Below are positions 49,801-63,100 of a DNA stretch of 64,000 nucleotides, one piece after another. Location: assembly GCA_965637545.1 (NCBI GenBank), contig OZ281498.1, forward strand, positions 22,444,001 to 22,508,000, given 5' to 3'. The translations under genes and the position numbers were made by a program. The notes under the pieces are model-generated. The model did not search any database. It saw only the letters and a list, made by a program, of their open reading frames with translations, and was not told where the DNA came from. Numbering within the stretch: the stretch's first letter is position 1; each line of letters starts with the position of its first letter. Origin of the DNA: Phallusia mammillata. Lineage: Eukaryota.

Positions 49801-51619
49801 TTACACGGGCAAGGTGGGTAAAAGTGTTGGCTAGCGGTTATTCATCGAAGGAACTCGAAATGGCACCAAGTCTTGGCAAGCGCGCGTCGTTTTTAAGCCA
49901 GAGATGATAATGTCAGGCAAAAGTATCGACTTTCATGATAAGTTGAACCGAGGCGCCGACGTAATTCCGTAAACTCGATGTTGAACTAGGACGCGTGAAA
50001 TCGAGGCCAAACCTAATTGCTCCGCAGCCCCTCGAGAACTGACTGTAGCAGATCCTATACCTGTCGACGCAGACACTTTTGACAATGATTAAGAGCAACC
50101 AACCGCTCCAGTGTAACCCGTTTTAGCCCCTCAGAACCGTGAAGATGAATATCTGAAGTGACGGGCGCCTGCAAAGGTTACGGATTTGCAAGTGTTCAAT
50201 TAGTGTGCGGGTTAAGGTGAATGTTGCACATTTCGCCTTGAACCGCTTGCGTGCCTAATTGCCTCGCCATTCTTGAGTTTTATTTTAACACTCCCGCGGG
50301 CTGGAAAAGGAGTCTTTCGCAACAGTGCAAATTTCACTGAAATCCAGATTTACCGTCTGATAAACTGCATTGCTATCACTACTGTGTCTAATTTGTAACA
50401 TAAGAGTCAGTTTTCAAATGCTTTAGAAACCGCTTAGTATGTGAGAGAAAAAATATACCTCACATAAGGACTTTTTAAAATCACTCATGCAGGCGTTAAA
50501 AAGACATAATTGTGCCATGGTACGCCAATTGAAAAGCGTTATTATGGTTTAAACGCCCCTGCATGCAAATACACTGATCGTATCTTTCAAACATTTTCGC
50601 TTGAAAAGATATGTGACCAATAGGAGAAAATGGAAAAGTTGGAAAACGCATTGGAAAAGTTGGCAATGAAAAACGTTACGAAAAAGCGCTTAGCCCATAA
50701 CAATGTACTCATTACACAAATTCAACGGATAAAAGATCATAAAGATTGTTTCGCAAATAAACGTTTTCCTTATCGACCAAAAGCGGCGATTTCTCGCTGG
50801 TTTAAAGTCAAATTATCGGGTAGGGATGGGGCTTAGATTCCAGCTAGTTTCGGTGATATCTTAACGAGCAACTTTATCACCGATATTTACTAAACACAGC
50901 CCGCTCATTATCATTGAGTCGTTTGATGCCAGAGCCAAAGAGACTAAAACGTGATTACCATGACTTGTTTCAACGAGACATTAGGTGTGTTAAACCCTAT
51001 TTTGACGTCACGCATCAATTTCCCGGAAAAGGTGCCGATCCAGATAGCATTAGTTCATTCTAAGCGCTATCAGCGAACAAACTGCACTGAGGGGGAGGGG
51101 GGCGCCGCAGACACAAACACTCTTTCGCTGATTGGAATCGTTCAATAATTGACAGCGGGCTAAGGAATTTAAAATATGCAGTCGAGCCGCTTTATGTCAA
51201 TCTTACTCGCGGGAGCACCAGGTTAAAACAATACAGGTGTGTAAAAAACAGCTTCGCAATGTCAAAAAAGTACTCCGCAATGTTATATTGTGTCTTCGTT
51301 GGTCTCTCTTTAAAATATGAAGTGGAAATGGAGGGTTGTAATAGAGTCTATTAAATAGACAGTTCATCCATACACGGCTGAATTCAAATCGACACCAATC
51401 TTTGCTTTAACTATTTACCTATTGAGTTTCGCAGTTCATTCCATCGAGATCTACCTAATTACGAAACCACAACATGCAAAATTACGGCGCTTTAAATGGT
51501 TACCAGTTACCCACACAATTATTGACACTAACCAGTTACAAAATGGACACTGGTAAACAGTTTTTTATCTCTATTACTTAAATTGACTAAAAGATACCGT
51601 TTTTATTAAGTAGCTAGAT

Positions 51620-52089
51620 CAGTGGTTCCCAACCTTTTTGTAGTCACGGACCCATTTTATAGGTCCGCGGACCCCCAACGTAATTTAGTCTTGTTATGTT
51701 TTTTGTTTCCTTCATCATACGTTATTACATTCGCTTTTTTAGTAAAAATGTAATCAACCTTCATAGTGCTTAAATCTCAACTAAGTTTTGTACTGACTCG
51801 GTCAATGCGATTAAGAGAAAAATTTTCTGGTGTACAAAACCTGAAACAAAGCACTATAAGTTTGATTGTTCTTGTGTGTTGTGATGTCACAATGGAGGTA
51901 ACAATAAAAAAAAGTTAATTTTCCTGACCCGAAGGTTTGATAAACAGTTTGCACGTGTATGCAGGATTGTAAAAACGGTTCATAAACTTACAAAAATTTT
52001 ATTGTTGGTTAATGGTACTAGGTATAAAAATAAAAAAAACATCTCACGGACCCCTTGGGGGTCCGCGAACCCCAGGTTGGGAACCACTG
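51620..52089. mobile_element. hAT (Charlie-like) MITE, 470 bp
   Basis: TIRs CAGTGGTTCCCAACCT / AGGTTGGGAACCACTG; perfect TSD AGCTAGAT (51612-51619, 52090-52097); subterminal CGGACCCC motifs at both ends. Confidence 0.93.
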
Positions 52090-53629
52090 AGCTAGATGAA
52101 CATATTCTTAAGGTAAGCCAGTTTTCTCAGTGTTTCTTTTAAAGTAGAGTAATTGTGACCAGTGCGTTATAAAACGATACCTTCTGTGCTACACTTCACC
52201 GAATAATCTGGCGCAATCTATGTAATTGTACTAAGAAAACCTCTTCATTATAGCCTTAAATTCGTTAACACCTTCAAGACAACACCAACGACAAGGTGGA
52301 TTTCATTAAACTTTCGCAACAGAATTAGGTTAATACAAAACACAGGTTTGGATCTTAGGAGAAGTAGATTTAAACATGCAGCATTTTGATCCCACGCGTT
52401 GCCACAAAACAGCAAAGAAACTGTTCCAGTCACGCGGACATGTGGTGAAAACCCACTACATCTGCCCACACACTGGCTGCAGCCGCAAAAGTGTGTTCAA
52501 AAATAAATGACCTTACCGCATTGGCAGGTGTGGTAGAGGAATAATTGTGGGCGAGCAGTTACTGAATTAGTTCCTTGAAAAAGTGATTGAGACAATTTAA
52601 AAGTCTCCATTTTTATACGTAGACACTGTGGCACTTTTCATCGAGAATAGCAAGTTACAAGCTACTGTAAAGAAACCAATTTAAACAGGCTGGCTGAAAA
52701 AATATGTTTAACCCTTAAAAAGTAAAAGCGCATATGCGGCCATTTCAAATGCAAAAATCCGCAATTTTGTGGCTTGCCATTGCTTAATGCGTTCGAACAA
52801 AACTAATTAGACCTTGTGTCTGTATCGAATTGAACGTGATCAAAATCAATTATTCCGCAAGTAAAAATGCAGTAACACTTGCAAATGGAAAACAAATTAA
52901 AACTACCGCGTGTCAAAGGATGTACACAGCGCCGCAATGTCAAACTGGCGTCCTTTCGAGAGTGAGCGAATCGCATTTGCTACGAAACAATTGAAACGCA
53001 CTTGTTACAAGAGTCACGACCCTCTACTCGACACGCGACTGCCTTGTAACCGAGCGAGACCCGATACGCTTGTAAAGTATAATCCTGTTGTCATCCAACT
53101 TGTACCGTAAATATGCTGACATGTTTACTACGACAGTTTAAGCAACAGAACACATTGTTTATGAATTGCTCTCACAATGAATGAAGATGTGACACGTAAA
53201 CTCGTGGTAGTTTGTGGAATGGGTATGTGTGAGTCTAAAAAATGTCTGAAGAGTTTATGTTTCTCACGTTTGATCTCACTAATGTTGGGACAAAGGTTCG
53301 AAATCTCAGTACACCATCTCACTTCCGTCGGGGATTGTTAGTCACAATGCGTACGTACGTCACAAAAGGCGGGGCGATTACCAGTCATAACAAGGAAGCG
53401 TGGAACTGAATGGAAGACTTGTGTAAGTCGGCTAAATATACCCCTAAGCATACTTCCTATCAGTGACAAACGCTTAGCCCCTCATGACATCACAAGCATA
53501 AAATCGGTTTATCTTTCGAAAGGTCCAGCGGACCAGGCAAAAAGCCGTGAAAGGTTGGACAGACCCACCCAAAGTGTTTCCTGTGGTCTTGTTGTATGAA
53601 ATCGAGTCACCAACGTGGTTTACAGTCCC

Positions 53630-53860
53630 TTGCGTTGTTGGCTGGATTAGCCACAGCTAAGCGCCCGGGGTTCATGGTGATTGGCGTTATCTGGTCCCCT
53701 GCTGGCAAGTTTAACAGAAATAGGCTGGCTACCCCGGCGGCAGCGTCTGACGTCAATACGCGCATTGGTCTATTGAGCGAAAGCGACAAGAAAAGAAGTC
53801 GGCTGGGCCTTTTTTCCCAAGCCCGGGAGCTTAAATAGCGCCTCTGGTCGAAGTTAGGAC
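53630..53860 (+). promoter_or_regulatory. Candidate Pol II promoter
   Basis: GC-enriched island with two ATTGG (reverse CCAAT) boxes, a full CRE TGACGTCA at 53748-53755 and TATA-like TTAAATAG at ~53831. Confidence 0.45.
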
Positions 53861-55080
53861 ACAAAGATCGCTGAGTCGATCGCTAAGAGGACTTCGGCAA
53901 CTAGAGGAAATAGCAAAGGTGTAGTGCAGGCAGAATGCATTGCAATTGTCGTCAAACACCGCAATTTGGATACCCCCTCGAAGAAATAAAAAGTTAACGG
54001 GCACAAGGCCTGTGCGATGTCGAAAGTGCAAGTTAAGATTTAACGCAGCTGTAAACTCAGATCTTATACCAATATGTATATTTTAAGTTGTTTAACATGT
54101 GAAAAATATGGAACGATTTCAAGACCATGTTTTCTCTTTTTGCAGACAACGTAGCGAAAAATAAGAAATTACTTGTGAAAAAGTACAACTGCTGTACGAA
54201 AACTGATATACGACAATACCTGCACGCTACAAGAAGAAGACCCAACAACAAACGTAAGTACCATGAAACGCTATGCAAACATTTGTTGAAGTCGTAAAAC
54301 ATATAGGTTTATAACAGCGTGGATATTTTTCATCAGACCCACAACGGTTTTTCGGGTTCATGTGAAACTTCTATTTACTGAGAAATTTACCGGCTTTATT
54401 CATCGTTTTTTTAGCAGCGGTTTATTTTTCTAATTTTAAGTATCAAAAAGAGGCGGCGCCAAAACCTGTAAACATTCATCGCCTTTCGATTTCACGTGTC
54501 AACCTTGCGCTGCCGATTCTGGCGAATTGACCCCGAGGCCGCTGAAACTTTAATTTGTCTAACAACATGAACTCGACTGAAAAACCAATTCAAATTTGCA
54601 ATGACAAATATATTTTTTCATCCACAGAAACAAAATGCAATCGTCAACACAAAGCGTCATCGTCCGTTCCGCTCTCGTCATCCTACTATACGTCATCGTC
54701 GCTTGTGACGCGCGCCCTACGTCACAATCAACCGAGACGGTCGTACACCCAAAGTTGATGCAGGATCTGTTACATACAAGGTGAGAAAAAATGTTTTAGG
54801 CCGAGTTCGAGAGCTTGGATTCTCGCCGATTTTTGTTAAGCGCCCGTTCTCAATTTTGATGACGCAGCGTCGCTCGCTTGAGAGCTCATAGCGTTACGAA
54901 AACAATTACGTAGCGTCGACGGTTTTAGCCCAAACCGCGCTACACGCTCGTGCCTGGCACGGGCGAGTACTGGATATAGAAAATAATACTTTGGTCTTTG
55001 TAACTCTATATTTTTTTCAATTAAAAAAATAAAATTGAATAAAAGTTGGAACTGTTTTTAACCCAATTTTCGTTTCGCAG

Positions 55081-55207
55081 AACCACTTCCCGAAAACGTC
55101 ACGCCGAAATCCGCGTTTCGTCTCAAATCTCACGCTCAGTTCAAGAACTTCGCCGTAAGATGCTTCTTAACGGAATGATGCACAGTTTCGACAACAAGCA
55201 AATCAAG
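55081..55207 (+). other. Candidate exon of an unidentified gene (ATG 55160: MLLNGMMHSFDNKQIK)
   Basis: Acceptor TTTTCGTTTCGCAG and donor AAG|GTTGGT; one open frame; no recognisable homology. Confidence 0.3.
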
Positions 55208-57111
55208 GTTGGTACACGAGCTACTTCACTATGTATCACTCACACTCAACACACGACCTCCTGCTTAAAGGAAAGTCGTTGTGCATTTTTGTTGCTTATG
55301 TGGTCACCTTACATCCATTCGATTGCGAACCGCATCGACTGTTTTGTTCCTTTAATCACTCGGCATTTGCCTGCACGAACTCGGCACCGTCACACGCAAC
55401 GCGCCCACCGTGACAGTCGCACAATTATTTGGACAGAAAGCCAATTGTGTGGTCACAGGAGTTATGTATAAAACCAGCGAGCCAGACTAACAGAATATGC
55501 TGAAACTTAAGGGTGATAGTTGTTAGATTTTACTGTGGGTAAACGCTTATTGTGTTTGGGCCTCCGCAAGCCATATCTAGTTAGGGTAAACACTCAATAG
55601 CGCCGACTTACGAATAAACACGTAAACGTCAATAAACAATTTTGCGCCACAGAACTTCGTCCGTCGAATAACAATGAGCGCTTTTGTAATTCCACATACA
55701 ATAACGTCTATTCATAAAACCTTGGCACGCAACTAGTCAATAACCTTGTCGAATTTGAACTTTAAAGTCGAAGATAAATTGAAAACTATAATTAATCGCG
55801 CATAGTGTAATTCGCATTGGCATAAATCAACCGATTACAAAACTCAAAAGTCGATCGCAGTTCACAATCGAAAGATGTATTTGACCACCGACCCATTATT
55901 GTTATTATTTTGATAAAAAATTTAAGTAAATTTTTGTAAACATTTTTTTGTGTTCGTGATAGTTTGAATTTTAAAGCGATTAAGTAACACTAAAGTTAAA
56001 CATTTTTTTGTAAAAAACCATTAAAGTTTAAGTAGTTCGCCGTTGTTAATTCTTTTTTCACGAACAAACACCTAGTTAGACATAAAAAGCAAAACGCGGG
56101 GCCCATCGCAAACCATGAGCGTTTATTCACAGAGAAGTGGTAAAAAATACAGCCCGGCCTTTCTCAACTTCTTATGGGCTCGGCTCGCAAGAAGCAGAAG
56201 GCGTTCATGAGGAGAAGAGCAAAGAAGCTGGCTCGTCAACACGACAAGAGAAGCAACACTCCTTTCCTGTAGAGGGCGTTAGAGAGTGAAAGCGAGAGAG
56301 AGACGAAGGAAAAAAGAGAGCGAGAGAATTGCGATTGCGCAATAAGTCACCTTGCTGATTATTGAAAGCCTACGCCGAAAACTTTGCCGCTTTTCAAAAC
56401 TGTGATCTGTCCGCCTTTTTATACATATTCTACATATCCATATTTATTTTTTTGCTCATGTCAACCATGGCTGCATTCCACGAGACTGTGTTTCAGAGAT
56501 CTTCTTTTTTTCCTATTTATTTAAAATGCCCGCGTTCCCATTTTGTGTTGCCTGCTTTGTTCCCTGCCGTGCCGTGCCGCGCTATTTTCAAGCGATATGC
56601 AACTTTACTATAACGTTCCACATCTGTGCGCGCACGGCAAAACATTTTCATTGCATTTTTTTACGTCCCGCCGCTTTTTTGTACTATTTAAGAAGTCGTT
56701 GTGCGCAAGCTGCAGAAAAAAATAAACAAAAACAGTCAAAACTGATGATTCAGATTTATCCTAGCAGAAATCAAAGAACTAAATACAGATCATAGTTTAC
56801 AAGTACTTCCAAACAGGCAGAATCAGTGCATAAACGTCCAGGTCACGGTGGCCGTTATACCGCTAACATAACTGATACAGATGACAGAAATAACTAACTT
56901 GAGTGCAATTTCTGTTTTGCTAACACACTAAACAATATTTCTTTTACAACCAACAATAACACTTTTCGCAATAAATGAGACTAACATAACCAAGGTTGGT
57001 ATCGAAAAATCTTTAACCATCTGAAAATGCAAGTGAAAGCTTATCCGAGCTGGGCTGTACCCGCTGAGCAAAAGGCCTTTGGTGACCTGTACGGCCTTGT
57101 ATTCTTCACAG

Positions 57112-57177
57112 AACATGCAGTTTTGGACACAATATGACCCTAGCCGTCGTCAACACAAGCAAATGGCCAGTTTCCAG
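57112..57177 (+). other. Candidate 66-nt symmetric cassette exon (NMQFWTQYDPSRRQHKQMASFQ)
   Basis: Acceptor CCTTGTATTCTTCACAG, donor CAG|GTATTA, phase 0-0, flanked by ACTAAC and TGCATG motifs. Confidence 0.4.
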
Positions 57178-60100
57178 GTATTACATTCATGCCATCCCAT
57201 TGCTGCTTACAAAGCTTGTATTGCCAATCGGGTGGCTTATAGGCGACGCAAATTTTATCATCGACAGAACCCACATCAGTATGCAATGATTTTTCGGCGG
57301 CTTAGTAATGCAAGTATAGCATCGCAGCCAAACTCCTTAGTTATTTACTTTAACTTATATTTTGCATGTTTTTGCATGTTGGGTGTGAAATATGTTAATA
57401 GTTTTTGCATGAATGGTAAGAAACTTAAATAAAGTACAATATTCATTAACTAACTACTTTACAAAATTGGGTTCATCTAAAACAAGTCACACTAAAAGCA
57501 TACAAAGTGCATGAAAAACATGTTGAATATTTTGCCCACGCAAAACTGATTTGTCATCTTTCACTCAAAACGAGCCTTAAACCCCTGAAGCTTAAAAGTT
57601 TGATTGACGTAAAATGCATCAGTAAATGCGAGAAGCAAAGATTTGTTCAAATCTCCAGCGAGATCTTCTGATCCGCTTCGAAGCCTGGGGCGTTGGTTTA
57701 CGCTGTAGATTTCATCAGACTTATACAGTTCGTTTATACACTTAACTGATTTTTCCCCTGCCTGAAATCTGTAGGATAACATGCAACTTAAAATCAAATT
57801 GGGCGATAAGTTTTTAAAGTCCCCGCAAAAGGCCTATAACAACTTCGATCGCAAGATTTCAAACCAGTTTTGCCTTTTGTGGCAGTTTTCCAAGCTTGTC
57901 AAGTAAATTTACCTCCTAAAAAGGTTACCCCTATCGTAATCCGATCTTAACAGGCGAATTATTCCTGCCACAAACTCATAAATGACCATTGTTCTCTGTC
58001 AAGTTCCCAGTTTGACTGCAACAAACAACAGAGCTAGCTTCTTAACAGTGCGAATATGTTGGGTGGCTGACGTAAAGGTTTCACGGAACTGGTGCACAAG
58101 GCGGCAAAACGAGGGGATCGCCAGTTTTAAGGACAGGATTTAAAGCAATGACACGAAACCAAGCGCAAAGTAGCCCAATTTGAGCTTGGGGATTATCGCT
58201 GCGACCAAGTCGAAAGGCCGAGTTGATGCGACCACGACACGCAAAACACGACTCGAGGTTGATCGAATTTCACAAAAAGCCGTGCAGTCATACTCGACTT
58301 TTAGACTGTGTAAGTTTGAACCTCGTTACCGCGCTGAACAATGCCGTAGTTGTCAACTTGCTCACTCCACTTGGATAAACACGATTGTTACGGCCGATGA
58401 CGGATTGTTTTCACCACAACATTACGTCACGCCTCCGGTGTTACTGCGGCTAAGGCGATTTTACTGGCATGGTTGGGGAACGTGCAATCATGATTAATGT
58501 TCGAATTACGCGCATTATTTGGCGTAATCTTGATTATATCTGTTTGCACATGCACCATAATGCATTACCATTGAGTGCTTGTTGTTGCTTCGTTGTATTA
58601 ATCCGTGATTGTTACTTCAAATAGGATTAGTATAATGTAGGTTTAAAGCTTAGCGTACTGTAGCTGTACTCACGGATCAACCGTTTGTATCAGTGCCTTT
58701 TCACTCAGATTCCACCGCCATCTCACAAACTTTCATAAATTTACCTCATGGCTTATTTTTCAATTCCATATATTTTCTTTAATGGTTGTAACAAGAAAAA
58801 CAGTCGAAGACCTGAAAATGTTAAAAGACACTGGATTAGGTTATGACTTTCCGTATTTCCATGGTTGTTTAGCATAGTTTCCTGTTATACGTTAAGTTAT
58901 GGTTGTTAGATTCAATAATATAAGTGTTGGGAGTTGAATATCCTGAAATAGTCGAAACAAACGGCCATTAATGGTTGCACACAACGACAACAGGGTATGA
59001 TTCATTGTATATAATGTATAAATAATTACAGTTAATTGCACCAAGTCGGTTTGGTTATAACGAACAAGATTGTATATCGCAACATGTTCATGGTCTCGCG
59101 GTATCACCTTTTTGCTGCATGTTTTCACTCTAAAGGCAAAACAAGTGCTGTCGTTCAGTCTTAGAATGGTGAACTTAAATGCCGTGTTAATCCCGTGAAG
59201 GCGATACACCGCAAAGTTATACGCGAACGCATGTGCATCTGACTCATACTGGTCGCATTAGAACGCCCCAGAGTAAGGATATGCATCTGTGCAGGGCCCT
59301 CGGCAAATTATGCCCGTTTTCGCACGTATAGGACGATATCGGCAGAAAGTCCAAGCTGTTTTATTCCGCGTTGGGTAGATCCGCAGGTAGATTTCATGCG
59401 ATGCGGCGCTATAATCTTAACAGGTGTTTACTTTCAGCAATGTGCAAGAGTGTTCGATACAGGGGCGCTTTTGCGATTTGCTTGGAGCTTATAGGGAGCC
59501 AGAAAAATGAGAACCACATATTTACGTTCACGGAGGTGACGAACAAGTAACTCGCGTTAAAAATCCCGTTCCACCATGTTGCGGGTTGCGAAATATTTTC
59601 TCAAAAATGTCGACTTCTGCAACAATAATATCACAAAGTGAGTTTGCCCAAACTGATTTAGAAATGCATTCAACTATGGTTATCAAACGACACTTTGAAA
59701 CAATTAAATTTTGCAACACCGTGACAAAAGACAACACAAAGATGGCTTAGAAGCCGACTTTCAGATATATGTAATCAAGTTATTGTTATCAAGCATAAAC
59801 ATATTTTTGTATAAAAGGAAATAAATAGAACAGGCACAAAAGCAGCAATTAATGTAATTAGCGTTGGCGAAAGTGTGTTTGGTGTTTCCAGTTCCGGAAC
59901 AAACCGCTGTTCAAAAGTCATCTTCCACAAATCATTGTAAGCGAAGGACATCCTCTGCAAACGACTTTATTTATAGAGATGTCACACAAACAGATCCGTA
60001 TCTTCAGCCAAATCGCGACGGCAAGAGTCGACGTTTGTTTATTTATTTAAACGATGCTTGAGTCTGTTAAGCAGAAGTCCGTTAAACAAAGCTCATTTTC

Positions 60101-63100
60101 GCTGCGTACAAAGCTTAACCGGTGCTGAACTGTTATACTTCGCGTTTCCCTAACGAGCCAATAACGACTAGCACTTAGGGTAACAAATGTCAAAATCGAC
60201 TTTTCTCACCAAAAGTGTTGATCAACTTCGAAAAAATTCTCATTACAAGGTGGAATTCGATCACCAAATGACACTTTAGACAAAGTTTTGACCTTGCCAC
60301 GCACTAAAACACGACTTTTGCCATGTATTTTTTGAGAAATATGTGTTTTGCGTGTACGCTGTGATACACATGTGTATTAAAATGTAAACAGTTATAAATC
60401 ATTCAAACCAAAGGGTAGTTGCAAGGCCTTTTGAAATCTACTGTACATCTGACCCTTGTGTTTAACTCATACTAAAAAAATGTGTACTGTTCTTGGCATT
60501 AATTTTTTAGTGGCCTTTGTCAAACATTATGTCGTTGCGTGTCAATCTGATAAAAACACATTTTTTACAATTTAAAAATAAGTCATAGGCCCCTGCTATG
60601 ACGGGTCAATTTTAAACAATACCGTTCTTGAACTGAAGCGAAAAAATGCCACTTAACAGTCATTTTAGCGTTTAAGCCTCCAACACACAAAATACCCATG
60701 TTTACATTTCATTGGCCTACCAGCTTCACAAGGATTAGTTGGGTATACGGCATGTAATACTATAATACACACTTAATTCCATAATTTTCTGACGTTGTTC
60801 CAGTCTTACCACAAATATGCAATTAGCAGCAACTGCAGAGGTAACTCAATTCATAATCGACAAACAAACGCAGTTAGGAGAGCTGCAGCCTGTACATGCG
60901 TAGAGACCACGCATGCGGTTAGAACTTGCTCTATTAATAAATCAACAAATCGACGACTTCTCTCAACTGTATCTTATCATGCAGTGGCCTTCAAGCGTCA
61001 CTTTGTATTATCGTGTCCTTGACTTGTCGTTTCTTGACGCGAGAGCACTGATACAACACTACTTGAGAGACAACAACAAACTACTTATGTTTGTGCAAAC
61101 GACAGTCGTTTGATGGCCTGTAAGCTGATAAGAACACGACAAGTTGACAAATAGAAAGCAGCAACAACTTCTGCTGTTCTTGCTCGATATCTTTTACCTT
61201 TTAGTTTTTGTTTTACGTATATTTCGCCCTGAGACGATACAAGATACCAATGCAAACATTTTACTTTCATTTTAACGTAGGGGTCATGCAAATCATGCTT
61301 TTCATCTTGAATGACAACATATATTTTCCTCAGTTAGCTGCACAGAACACGGGCCTCAAACATAATTTAACATTTAAAAAGCTGGTTCATATTTCTTTCA
61401 TAAAGTTTCATAATTTGATTTGTTTTAAGTTGAATCATAATAATTGTTTTTACGTGTACAGATTTATCCGAGCCGAATTCCGCATCGCAAACTAAACCCC
61501 GACATTTTGAACCAGATTGACGGCAATGAAGCCAACGGTTTAAGGGTACGAGTGATCAATACCAACCCAACGAGAATGCCTACCACCTCAGAGCAATACT
61601 ACAGGTTAGGATGGTAAAAACGATCAAACATTTCAACTGCCAAGTACTCGAAAAACAGCCAGATTGTTTCCACATTCCAAACATACTACCTCAAAACATC
61701 GATTATTCAGCAACATTTATTTGTCAACAAGTTTGTACAATCGCAAATCGCTTTAGTTTTTACATCGTCTGAATTGCAACATATCGTTCTTCGACAGTTT
61801 TATGTTTAAACAAGTTACTATATAATTGGGGATCTAGTGCTTAGAAGTTTTTTTCACGTTTTGTACTAAAGCCCGATACAACCTACGGAATGTAAATGTT
61901 CATTTCAGGCAGGCTAGAGCAAAAAAACACCGAAAAAAACACCTATTTTCTTGCAGATATGTCCAACAAAGTCACGACGCAGCAGCAGTAGCAAAAACTT
62001 GCCAGGATATGCAACAACTTCTTGCCAGAAACCATTTGCGCGTTCGAGTTAGTTGTAAGACCACTCCTTCGCGAAGGAGGGTTCCATTCCGCTTTTCCAG
62101 CCATAGATTCACAAACTGAGGGGTGCAAAAGCTCCCCTGCGCTCCCCCGGAAATTCTTCAACCGTTACCAGTGTTCAACTGATTCCAGTGGACGTGGATT
62201 TCTAAGAAGCATTATGCCCAACTTGCTATTAGTTTTCTTTTTCCTACTTTGTCTGTATTTTTGCGATGTTTTAATCGTGCGTTCGCTCAACTAGGTGTGC
62301 AAAATGATTTGTTTTGTGGTGAATTCGGTCAAGCTGTTGTTTCAATACAATCAAATAACGTGCAACGACATAAAACCCGAGTTTGCTTGAACAGATTTTA
62401 AAGCCTATCGAATATATTTTAAAAGCCTGACATTACAAATTTACATAAGACCACAATGCTTAAAGAGTTATTTCTGCAGTCAATGAGATTTCATACAAAG
62501 ACCACGATATGCTACAAAAACAGTGAAGCAGTGTTATACAAAAATGTAAATACTAATTTATGGTTTATTAATCAAAAAATAACAGGAATAAACACTTACT
62601 GTACATGTTCTTAGTCAAATTCCGCTTTGTTTCCTGAATTCTGTGACACAACTTCTCCTACAGCTAACACCTCTTGCAAAATGCTCGCGTGCAAAGTGCT
62701 TGTAGTACTGTGACGTCATAATTGGTCTTCAGGTTGGATAGATTTAAAGGGAAGTGTGATTTAAAAATTTGTTTGCCTAAACATACAAAACAATCATTTA
62801 CTTTCCAATGAATAATACATGCATTTTGTGGGTCTTGCAATCATTGTGTGAAACTAGTTATAAAATAACAATACAGTGGTATATATAGCAGTGGCTTTGA
62901 CTTATCACAACTGTTTTGAACAGAGAGAAATGTATTAACCGGATAGAAAATCACAATGAGCAAACAGGGTTCTAGGTAACATAAAAACAGAAACAACATT
63001 TTACTATGGGCAACTAAAGAATATTGTTGTAACTTTGTTTTCATTGTGTTTTACAACGAAACAAAACCGGTTATTGCTCAATAGATTCATTTAAAGGGAC

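Noticed and set aside
57561-57790. Minus-strand peptide ending LLLAFTDAFYVNQTFKLQGFKARF, like a CUB domain C-terminus
   Set aside because: No CUB cysteines or FCG motif and no partner exons found; likely coincidence.
61938-62050. Possible plus-strand exon after TTTTCTTGCAG (YVQQSHDAAAVAKTCQDMQQLLARNHLRVR)
   Set aside because: The acceptor is good but the frame is ambiguous and I recognise no homology; insufficient support without RNA data.
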